Assembly: GCA_027490305.1 (NCBI GenBank)
Contig: JAIXYI010000084.1
Location: 24,193-88,192 of the forward strand
Direction: 5' to 3'
Source of the DNA: Flavobacteriaceae bacterium
Lineage (GTDB): Bacteria; Bacteroidota; Bacteroidia; Flavobacteriales; Flavobacteriaceae
DNA: 64,000 bases
This document shows positions 26,676 to 35,036 of this stretch, piece by piece (position 1 is the stretch's first letter; each line of letters starts with the position of its first letter). The position numbers and the translations under genes were made by a program. The notes under the pieces are model-generated. The model worked only from the letters and a program-made list of their open reading frames with translations. It searched no databases and had not been told where the DNA came from.

Positions 26676-27740
26676 ATGAACCATAATTACTATGCCGTTT
26701 TGATGGCAGGCGGGGTCGGCTCACGCTTTTGGCCGGTTAGCACACAGGATTATCCGAAGCAATTTCATGATATGTTAGGTGCAGGGCAGACGCTCATACA
26801 GAAGACGTTCGCGCGGCTATCGCGTCTTATCCCGGAAGAGAACATCCTGATCCTGACTAACGAACGCTATAATGATCTGGTGTTGGAACAATTGCCGCAG
26901 GTAAAACAGGAACAGGTAGTACTTGAGCCTGCGATGCGAAACACCGCTCCCTGTATTTTATATGCCGCCCTTAAAATCCAGAAACAAAACCCGAATGCAG
27001 TTATGGTGGTGGCACCGAGCGACCACTGGATTGAGGACGAAGCGGCGTTCGTTTCCGATCTCGAGACCTGTTTTCAGTTCTGTGCATCGCATAAGGCCCT
27101 TATGACGTTGGGCATACAGCCTACTTTTCCCAATACCGGTTTTGGCTATATTGAGTTTGATAAGGAAGACAGTCAGCCGATCAAGAGGGTGCGGCAGTTT
27201 CGGGAGAAGCCCGACTATGAGACGGCGAAGTCCTTCCTCGAATCCGGAAATTTTTTATGGAATGGCGGTATCTTTATCTGGAGTACTGCTGCCATCACAG
27301 AAGCCTTTGCGACGTTTCAACCCGAAATGGACCACCTTTTTAGGAGGGGCTTACCGACATTTAATACACCAGACGAAGGCGCGTTTATTCAGGGGGAGTA
27401 TGCTTCCGCCGCCAATATCTCGATCGATTATGCTGTGATGGAAAAGGCGGATAATGTCTACGTGTTACCGGCTTCGTTCGATTGGAACGATTTGGGTACC
27501 TGGGGCTCGTTGCATGAAAAACTACCGAAAGATGCGGCGAACAATGCGGTGGTGAATGCGACCGTCATTCTGGAGAATGCCCATAATAACATCATCCGCG
27601 CCGAAGGGAAAAAGATGGTAATCATTGACGGTCTTGACGATTTTATTGTCGTAGATCGCGATGACGTACTTTTGATTTATCCGAAGTCAAAAGAGCAGGA
27701 AATCAAGCGTATTATGTCGATGGCTGAAAAGACGATTTAA
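26676..27740 (+). CDS. manC: Mannose-1-phosphate guanylyltransferase
   Basis: Start moved to MNHNYY. LMAGGVGSRFWPVS...PKQF, EPAMRNTAP, FREKPD, WNGGIF, ISIDYAVME, WNDLGTW. Confidence 0.93.
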   Translation: MNHNYYAVLMAGGVGSRFWPVSTQDYPKQFHDMLGAGQTLIQKTFARLSRLIPEENILILTNERYNDLVLEQLPQVKQEQVVLEPAMRNTAPCILYAALKIQKQNPNAVMVVAPSDHWIEDEAAFVSDLETCFQFCASHKALMTLGIQPTFPNTGFGYIEFDKEDSQPIKRVRQFREKPDYETAKSFLESGNFLWNGGIFIWSTAAITEAFATFQPEMDHLFRRGLPTFNTPDEGAFIQGEYASAANISIDYAVMEKADNVYVLPASFDWNDLGTWGSLHEKLPKDAANNAVVNATVILENAHNNIIRAEGKKMVIIDGLDDFIVVDRDDVLLIYPKSKEQEIKRIMSMAEKTI

Positions 27741-27771
27741 TTTGTATTTTTACAGGTAAAGCAAGAGTCTC

Positions 27772-30700
27772 TTGGCACCCCGTATCTTCAAATTATCGGT
27801 ATTCTTCTATTTTCTGTTAACTACCGTTGTATCGGCCCAGTTGACCGATTTTTCTTTGTCCCTAAGCAAAGTAGACGAGATCTGCCCAAACAACGGGAGC
27901 ATCACCTTCACTGTATCGGGTGCCACTCCGGGCTCGACGTTTTTGTATTTCATCTACAAACTTCCGGATGAAACCAATCCCCTTGCGTTAATCGATGAAA
28001 CAGTGTATGAGGGCCTCGCGGCGGGGACATACAAAGTGGTAGCCATTCAATCGCTTGGAGTACAGACGAATTCCCAGACGGCCTATATAACCATCAACCC
28101 GGTATACCAACCGCTCATTTTTGCAGTCACAGGCTTAATTGCACCCTGTTCCACCGTTGGTTCCATCACCATTACAGGACTTCAAGGGGCAATTGCGACG
28201 TATGAAATCACCTCCGGACCTGTCATTCCTCCGCTTCAGACCACAGGTGTTTTTGCGAACTTACCCCAAGGTGCCTACTCGGTAAAAGTTAGTGATGCGT
28301 GTGGTTTTGCAGCCACGATGGATTATTCGTTGCTTCCGCCGACCACTTCGCTCACGATTGTGCCGGCGGCACCTTCCAATCAGTCATGCAGTACGCAGAT
28401 ACTGTCTGGCTCTTTTGTTGCGACTGGTGCGCAGTCGATTGCAGCGCCTATCCAGATGACGTGTGTGATACATCCCCCATCGGGTGCGCCCGATATTGTA
28501 TTCCAGCAGACATTTACCACCAGTACTTTCTCTTTCTCGGTACCCTTTTTTCCGTGGCAAACGTACACCTATGATTTAACGGCTGTGAACTCCTGTGGAA
28601 ATACCGCACAGGTTATCGGTGCTGTTGCTTTGACAGATATCACACCTAAAGTAAATGGCGCTCCGCTTTTATGTTCGGAAAAGCTTACATTTTCCGGCGC
28701 TACGGCGGTACAGCTTGTTTCGGCTCCTCCGAATTATACAGGGCCGGTTCCTTTTACGGTTCCGGCAGGTTCTCAAAATAACTTTACTATCGGGAATATA
28801 GTGGAAGGTGAGTATGGTTTTCAGGCGATAGATATTTGTGGAGGGGTGCACGACATTTCGTATATATCCGAAACACTTGTCCTTACACCACCGGTTATCG
28901 ATACCTATCCCGGCTGCGGCGAGGAGGAAGGAGGCGTCCGGATTTTGGATAATACGTCAAGCGGACCGATCGTCACCGCCTTCATAACATCGGCTCCCCC
29001 AACTTTTTCCGGGCCATTTCCTTTCGATGTCGCCAGCGCCATTGTGAACGGCTCTTTGTATCTGGGGGACCTACCCAAAGGGCCTTATTCTTTTCATGTT
29101 ACAACGTTATGCGGCGGCGAATTTGATTTGTCTGTGAACGTCAACGGCGTTACGATATCGAATTTGGTCTATGAAGTACAACAGGGGTGCGGCACATTTG
29201 ACCTGTTTCTGTCGGCCACCGTTTCAGCCCCTAACTTCAATATTTTTTATATCCAAAAATACAATCCCGTATCGGGTTTGTGGACGCATCCTTTCACGAA
29301 CGTCCCTCAACAACCCGGACAGTCCCTGGGTGCGGTCAATGCCTATGGACTGAACAACGGCGGTATCACACCGAACTTTTTTGTAAATGCTACTTATCGG
29401 ATACTCAATCAGGGGCTCACATGGCAGACAGGGGTTTCGACACTAAAACTATGCTGGAAACCGATTGCCGAGTTTACAGTAGGAGGCTTTATCCCATCCA
29501 TCAGTGCTTTCGTTTTTGGTTGTAACGACGGTCAGTCCGACGTTTTGGTGAACTTCAACGGGATTCCACCGTATTCCTATAGAATTATTTTGAAAGATAA
29601 TTTGCCGTATATAGTGGATAATGGTGATTCGCCAGTATTTACCAGCCTGACGACCGGCCTGTATACCTTCGAGGCAACCGATGCCTGTGGTAATATATAC
29701 AATACGACCATAAGTACGGTCGATGGATTTGGCCTGCCGATTTCAGGCATTACGGGTTGCGAAAATACCCCCGGAAGTCTTTCCGTTCCGTATTTCGACT
29801 TTTTCGAGTACAAATGGTGGAAAGGGAACGACGAGAGTAACGTTATTGGTACGAATAGCCTCCTGGCCTTCCCTTCATTGTCGACCGCTGACGTAGGCGT
29901 TTACCACGTGAGAGTGACGTATCTCTCCAACAGCAGTTCGTGCATCAACTTCGTGGCGACCTACAACTTGTCTGATGTTCCCCGGTTGCCAAAGGCCGGC
30001 GTCGGAAAATCAGTAGAATCCTGTTCGTCGGTCGGGGCGATCGACCTTTTTACCCTATTGGACCCGCCTTTTGACAATGGAGGAACATGGGCCGCCCTGA
30101 CTTCGGGGGATGTCCTCAGCGGAAGTACCTGGACATCTGACTCTTCATCGTCTATCGGAAATCATGCCTTCCAATATACCGTACTCAATAGTTGCGGTAC
30201 GGTCAATGCCGTAGCAAACGTGATGCTGCTTGATGCTCCCGAAACGCCGGTTGCCTCTGCCCTTCCTACAGCGTGTGAAGGATCTGACCTTCAGTTGTTC
30301 TCTACTACTGTATCGGGTGCCGAATATGTGTGGCGGGGACCGAACGGTTTTGAGTCGTCAGAAAAAGACCCTGTCATACCGAACGTATCGCCCGACGCAT
30401 CGGGGACTTATACGTTGAGTGCCCGTACTACCGCATGTGAATCCGGAATCTCCGAAGTGGCGGTTATGGTAACCCCCCTGCCGCGATTTTCTGTTAATGG
30501 CGTATGCGAAGGGGCACGATTCCGACTCAGTGCGACGCCCGAATCATCGGAAAGTGGACCGTTGTCATACACCTGGTCAGGCCCGAATGGTTACGTAGGC
30601 GACGGTGACTCTATCATTGCGCCGCAAAAAGGGAATTATACGATTGTGTCGTCTGACATCAACGGCTGTAGTTTTGCGCGTGATTACGAAGTCGCCAGTA

Positions 30701-30960
30701 TTGTGTGCGAGATTCCACAAGGCATTTCACCCAACGGCGATGGGAAAAATGATTCATTTGACCTGTCAGGGTTAGACGTGAAAAAGTTGGAAATTTTAAA
30801 CCGTTACGGCACCGTGGTTTTCGATAAGTTGCACTACCTTAACGAATGGCACGGTCAAGACAAATGCGGAAATCCACTTCCGACAGCAACTTATTTTTAT
30901 TACATCGAACTTGAAAACGGCACCGGCAAGGCAGGCTGGGTATACCTGACCCGAAATTAA
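27772..30960 (+). CDS. Large secreted repeat protein with T9SS type-B (gliding motility-associated) C-terminal domain
   Basis: Signal peptide ending VSA-Q, recurring SprB-like beta-rich units ending in D/N-x-C-G, C-terminal IPQGISPNGDGKNDSF...ILNRYG...WHG...TYFYYI...GWVYLTRN. TTG start. Confidence 0.9.
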   Translation: MAPRIFKLSVFFYFLLTTVVSAQLTDFSLSLSKVDEICPNNGSITFTVSGATPGSTFLYFIYKLPDETNPLALIDETVYEGLAAGTYKVVAIQSLGVQTNSQTAYITINPVYQPLIFAVTGLIAPCSTVGSITITGLQGAIATYEITSGPVIPPLQTTGVFANLPQGAYSVKVSDACGFAATMDYSLLPPTTSLTIVPAAPSNQSCSTQILSGSFVATGAQSIAAPIQMTCVIHPPSGAPDIVFQQTFTTSTFSFSVPFFPWQTYTYDLTAVNSCGNTAQVIGAVALTDITPKVNGAPLLCSEKLTFSGATAVQLVSAPPNYTGPVPFTVPAGSQNNFTIGNIVEGEYGFQAIDICGGVHDISYISETLVLTPPVIDTYPGCGEEEGGVRILDNTSSGPIVTAFITSAPPTFSGPFPFDVASAIVNGSLYLGDLPKGPYSFHVTTLCGGEFDLSVNVNGVTISNLVYEVQQGCGTFDLFLSATVSAPNFNIFYIQKYNPVSGLWTHPFTNVPQQPGQSLGAVNAYGLNNGGITPNFFVNATYRILNQGLTWQTGVSTLKLCWKPIAEFTVGGFIPSISAFVFGCNDGQSDVLVNFNGIPPYSYRIILKDNLPYIVDNGDSPVFTSLTTGLYTFEATDACGNIYNTTISTVDGFGLPISGITGCENTPGSLSVPYFDFFEYKWWKGNDESNVIGTNSLLAFPSLSTADVGVYHVRVTYLSNSSSCINFVATYNLSDVPRLPKAGVGKSVESCSSVGAIDLFTLLDPPFDNGGTWAALTSGDVLSGSTWTSDSSSSIGNHAFQYTVLNSCGTVNAVANVMLLDAPETPVASALPTACEGSDLQLFSTTVSGAEYVWRGPNGFESSEKDPVIPNVSPDASGTYTLSARTTACESGISEVAVMVTPLPRFSVNGVCEGARFRLSATPESSESGPLSYTWSGPNGYVGDGDSIIAPQKGNYTIVSSDINGCSFARDYEVASIVCEIPQGISPNGDGKNDSFDLSGLDVKKLEILNRYGTVVFDKLHYLNEWHGQDKCGNPLPTATYFYYIELENGTGKAGWVYLTRN

Positions 30961-31740
30961 TCAAAGACTTTCGCCGAAATCTTCCTTCCGCTGCGCCTTG
31001 CGGATTTTCTTGAACAGGTTGGAGGAATACACAAAATCGACAACGGCTTCATTATCCGTTCTGAAGATGTCCTTTTTGGTTCCTTCCCATGCCAGTACAC
31101 CATTCTTCAAAAAGACGATTTTCTCGCCGATCTCCATCACCGAGTTCATATCGTGTGTGTTGATGACGGTGGTAATGTTATACTCCTGCGTGATTTCCTG
31201 GATGAGGTTGTCAATGACGATGGCGGTTTTAGGATCAAGTCCGGAATTCGGTTCATCGCAAAACAAATACTTCGGATTGTTCACGATCGCCCGTGCGATG
31301 GCGACCCGTTTCTGCATACCACCTGATATTTCGGATGGCTTTTTGTGGTTCGCCTCGAGAAGGTTGACCCTTTTTAATACCACATCCACGCGTTCGCGTA
31401 TTTCTGCCGCCGTTTTGTTGGTAAACATCGTCAGCGGAAAACCGACGTTTTGTTCTACGGTCATGCTGTCAAACAACGCACTTCCCTGGAAAACCATCCC
31501 AATTTCGGTGCGAAGTTCCCGTCGCTCGTCGTCCGTCATTTCAGAATAAATGCGTCCGTCGTAGGAAATCGTGCCCGAATCGGGCGTATGGATACCCAGA
31601 AGGCTTTTCAATAAAACGGTCTTGCCCGAACCACTCTGTCCGATGATCAGATTGGTCTTGCCGGTTTCAAAGGCCGTCGAGATGCCTTTGAGCACCTTGC
31701 TGTCACCAAACGACTTCTCTACGTTTTTGACTTCTATCAT
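30961..31740 (-). CDS. mlaF: MlaF-like ABC transporter ATP-binding protein
   Basis: GQSGSGKT, MVFQGSALFDSMTV, ISGGMQKRVAIARA, DEPNSGLDP; next to mlaE. Confidence 0.88.
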   Translation of the reverse strand: MIEVKNVEKSFGDSKVLKGISTAFETGKTNLIIGQSGSGKTVLLKSLLGIHTPDSGTISYDGRIYSEMTDDERRELRTEIGMVFQGSALFDSMTVEQNVGFPLTMFTNKTAAEIRERVDVVLKRVNLLEANHKKPSEISGGMQKRVAIARAIVNNPKYLFCDEPNSGLDPKTAIVIDNLIQEITQEYNITTVINTHDMNSVMEIGEKIVFLKNGVLAWEGTKKDIFRTDNEAVVDFVYSSNLFKKIRKAQRKEDFGESL

Positions 31741-32486
31741 TTGCTCAAAAGGACTTGCGTCAGGATGTAATTCGACAAAATGATGACGACCGACGTCCAG
31801 ACAAACGACGTGGTGCTCGCCTTTCCTACTTCAAGCGCGCCTCCTTTCATATAATAGCCGTGAAAAGAAGGGATGGTCGCAAGTAGCATCGCAAACACTA
31901 ATGTTTTTATAAACGCATACGTTACGTGGAACGGCGTGAACTCGGTTTGCAATCCCTGTATGAACTCCGAACTGCTCGTAAAGCCACCATAAACAGCCCC
32001 CAACCAGCCGCCTACGATGCCCAGGAACATACTGAGCATGATGACAAACGGGTAGAGGGTAAGGGCCACTATTTTTGGGAAAACCAGATAGTTCAGTGAG
32101 TTGACACCCATTACCTCCAGAGCATCGATCTGCTCGGTCACCCGCATCGTTCCAATACTGGATGTGATGAAAGAGCCCACTTTACCCGCCATGATAATCG
32201 AAATGAAAGTGGGAGCAAATTCAAGGATAACCGATTGTCGTGTTGCGAAACCAATTAACATTTTCGGAATGAGCGGATTCGTCAGGTTGAGGGCCGTCTG
32301 AATCGCGACCACTCCTCCGACAAAGAATGAAATAAAGGCGACGATACCCAGTGAATCGAAGACCAGATCATCTATTTCCTTAAAAATCAGCTGTCGCATC
32401 GCTGACCATTTGGTGGGTTTTCGAAATACTTCCTGTATCATCAGGAAGTACTTGCCGGTCTGTGAAAGGATGCGGATAATGAACAT
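31737..32486 (-). CDS. mlaE: MlaE-like ABC transporter permease
   Basis: AGKVGSFITSSIGTMRVTEQIDALEVMGVN, GGALEVGKASTTSFV. Confidence 0.9.
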   Translation of the reverse strand: MFIIRILSQTGKYFLMIQEVFRKPTKWSAMRQLIFKEIDDLVFDSLGIVAFISFFVGGVVAIQTALNLTNPLIPKMLIGFATRQSVILEFAPTFISIIMAGKVGSFITSSIGTMRVTEQIDALEVMGVNSLNYLVFPKIVALTLYPFVIMLSMFLGIVGGWLGAVYGGFTSSSEFIQGLQTEFTPFHVTYAFIKTLVFAMLLATIPSFHGYYMKGGALEVGKASTTSFVWTSVVIILSNYILTQVLLSK

Positions 32487-32598
32487 CGGGAAAAATAAAC
32501 GCTAAAGTACGAATAAAGGCCCGAACGGAGGTGCACCTCTCACATATTTGGGAGATCACGGGCATCCCGACAACCAAAGTCTTGTGAATCAGCAGTTG

Positions 32599-32994
32599 CT
32601 ATTGAAGCGGTTTCCAGAAAGTGCGATAGTTTTTTCCGCCCGGGTACTCAATCTGCATCACCGCCTCCTTCTCCTCGATAGAGATGACATACATAGTGAT
32701 AAGGAAGTTCTTTTCCTTTTCAGAAATTGTCAGCACACCCGTGCTTTCATCGTAGGTCCATACTACTTTGAGCATCGCGTCACCGCTGTAGGAGTCCGCT
32801 GTGTGGTCGGCGTAGTAAACAACCCGATCTTTTTCGTGCCCCGTCTTGGGTGGATATGACATTTCACCGATCATATAGTGGTCCAATACCCAGATACCCG
32901 GCAGTTTCTGTTCCACCACTTCCTTAGACAAATGCTGTCCGAACGCGGAACCGCACACTAGAAATAGCAACGATAAGAATAAGGATGATTTCAT
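32599..32994 (-). CDS. Small secreted hypothetical protein, possibly lipocalin-like
   Basis: Start moved to MKSSLFLSLL (signal peptide ending AFG-Q); LPGIWVL and WTYD motifs typical of Bacteroidota lipocalin-like domains. Confidence 0.65.
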   Translation of the reverse strand: MKSSLFLSLLFLVCGSAFGQHLSKEVVEQKLPGIWVLDHYMIGEMSYPPKTGHEKDRVVYYADHTADSYSGDAMLKVVWTYDESTGVLTISEKEKNFLITMYVISIEEKEAVMQIEYPGGKNYRTFWKPLQ

Positions 32995-33096
32995 GAACGA
33001 AAGATACACAACGAACTTTAAAAAACAACTCGCATGCAGCATGTGTTTTATATGTCGTATACAACAAATTGCCGCGGCACTTCCGTACTTTCGAGT

Positions 33097-33104
33097 TATC
33101 TTTG
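33097..33104 (+). promoter_or_regulatory. -7 element TATCTTTG for purK-purE
   Basis: Exact TAnnTTTG 39 nt before the purK ATG. Confidence 0.6.
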
Positions 33105-33143
33105 TGCACCAACCGCTTTCCAGCGGATAGCAACACAACAACT

Positions 33144-34286
33144 ATGGATTATTTTTCCTCTGGTTTCACCTTAGGGATACTTGGCGGCGGCCAACTGGGA
33201 AAGATGCTGTTGGCAGAAACCCGTAAGTTCGATATCCACACGATGGTGCTGGATCCGTCGGCCGATGCACCAGGGCGTCTCGCCTGTGACCAGTTCGTAA
33301 GGGGTAGCCTGACCGATTTCGACACCGTTTACCAATTTGGGAAACAGGTCGACCTCCTTACCATCGAAATCGAACTCGTCAACCTCGATGCACTGGAACG
33401 ATTGGAGCAGGAGGGAACCATTGTATATCCTTCTTCTGCTACCTTGCGCCTGATCCAGGACAAAGGAACCCAAAAGGACTTCTATGCGGCCCACGGAATA
33501 CCCACGGCACCGTATCGTCGGTTCGATTCGTTAGAGGAGCTTCGTGCTACTGCGGTCGATTTTCCCTTTGTATGGAAAAGTGCCCGTTTCGGATACGACG
33601 GCAACGGCGTGAAAATCGTTCGTTCGCAGGCCGATTTGGTGTCGCTGCCGGATGTGCCTTGCATCATGGAGGAAATGGTTCCGTTCAAAAACGAGTTAGC
33701 GGTCATCGTGGCGCGCAGTGCCAAAGGCGAGATCCGCACGTACCCGGTGGTGGAGATGGAATTCCATCCCGAAGCCAACCAGGTGGAATATGTTCTTTGC
33801 CCGGCACGTATCCCTGACGATATCGCACAGAAAGCCCGCGCTATTGCGCTGGAAGTTTCCGAGAAGTTCGAACACGTGGGCTTGTTGGCCGTCGAGATGT
33901 TCCAGACGGAAGACGACGCCATCCTCGTGAACGAGGTCGCGCCGCGGCCCCACAACTCCGGACACTACAGCATCGAAGCCAGTTATACGTCGCAGTTTGA
34001 GAACCACCTGCGCGCTGTTTTAGGAATGCCATTGGGCGACACCGAAAGCAAGGTCGCCGGCGTGATGGTCAATTTGGTAGGGGCAGAGGGCCATAGTGGA
34101 CGCGTAGTCTATGAAAACATCGAAGCGATACTCGGAATGCCGGGGGTCACGCCTCATATTTACGGTAAAAAAGAAACACGACCTTTCAGGAAGATGGGCC
34201 ATGTGACCATCGTCGCGCACGATATCAACCAGGCCCGCGCAATGGCAGCGAATGTGAAGCGCACCATACGCGTGGTCAGCCAGTGA
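33144..34286 (+). CDS. purK: N5-carboxyaminoimidazole ribonucleotide synthase
   Basis: Start moved to MDYFSS. GILGGGQLGKM, GYDGNG, NEVAPRPHNSGH, HIYGK...RKMGH. Confidence 0.96.
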   Translation: MDYFSSGFTLGILGGGQLGKMLLAETRKFDIHTMVLDPSADAPGRLACDQFVRGSLTDFDTVYQFGKQVDLLTIEIELVNLDALERLEQEGTIVYPSSATLRLIQDKGTQKDFYAAHGIPTAPYRRFDSLEELRATAVDFPFVWKSARFGYDGNGVKIVRSQADLVSLPDVPCIMEEMVPFKNELAVIVARSAKGEIRTYPVVEMEFHPEANQVEYVLCPARIPDDIAQKARAIALEVSEKFEHVGLLAVEMFQTEDDAILVNEVAPRPHNSGHYSIEASYTSQFENHLRAVLGMPLGDTESKVAGVMVNLVGAEGHSGRVVYENIEAILGMPGVTPHIYGKKETRPFRKMGHVTIVAHDINQARAMAANVKRTIRVVSQ

Positions 34287-34312
34287 AATGATAACTTCAA
34301 GTAACCCAACCT

Positions 34313-34801
34313 ATGAAAGTAGCCATCGTAATGGGATCGCAGTCCGACCTGCCCGTGATGCAGGACGCCATTGACATGCTGGTTCAGTTCGGAATCGAGA
34401 CCGAAACCGACATCGTGTCGGCGCACCGCACACCCGAAAAACTCGTTGATTTCGCTACCCACGCGCACGAACGGGGCATTTCCGTCATAATCGCCGGGGC
34501 CGGTGGCGCGGCTCATCTACCCGGAATGGTCGCGTCTATGTCGCCCTTGCCAGTGATTGGCGTGCCGGTTAGATCGAGTAATTCTATCGACGGCTGGGAC
34601 AGCGTACTGTCGATCCTGCAAATGCCGGGCGGCGTGCCCGTTGCGACCGTAGCATTGAACGGCGGCAAAAACGCCGGAATCCTGGCGGCCCAAATCCTGG
34701 GAAGCCAGAACGCGGAAATCCGGCAACGCATCATCGACTATAAACTTCAGTTGAAACAGGCCGTACTCGACGCATCCGCATCACTGAAAAGCCGCGGATA
34801 A
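34313..34801 (+). CDS. purE: N5-CAIR mutase
   Basis: IVMGSQSD, VSAHRTP, AGAGGAAHLPGMVAS, MPGGVPVATV. Confidence 0.97.
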   Translation: MKVAIVMGSQSDLPVMQDAIDMLVQFGIETETDIVSAHRTPEKLVDFATHAHERGISVIIAGAGGAAHLPGMVASMSPLPVIGVPVRSSNSIDGWDSVLSILQMPGGVPVATVALNGGKNAGILAAQILGSQNAEIRQRIIDYKLQLKQAVLDASASLKSRG

Positions 34802-34811
34802 CGACCGGCAT

Positions 34812-34847
34812 AAAAAGAAAAAAGGCTCCCGCGCCCAAGCGGAAGCC
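34812..34847 (-). terminator. Intrinsic terminator oriented for minus-strand transcription between two plus-strand genes
   Basis: Minus strand GGCTTCCGC-TTGGGC-GCGGGAGCC followed by TTTTTTCTTTTT; no U tract after the stem on the plus strand. Confidence 0.6.
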
Positions 34848-35036
34848 CAAAAATCTTGAAAAGTGTTCCGGGACCTAATCAGTACGTATTTTTGTTTGGG
34901 GCAAAAAGAGTGCAGGCGGTACCGGAACGATGTACAAAAAGTTGAAACCTCGGTAAAAGTACAAATAAAATCGACAAAGTACATGATTTGAACAAAAATA
35001 ACAAATCGATGTGTTTTTGTTATATCTCAACAACTT

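Noticed and set aside
32528-32539. 12-bp palindrome GAGGTGCACCTC between mlaE and the small secreted gene
   Set aside because: Single occurrence, no second copy or nearby regulator; compatible with chance.
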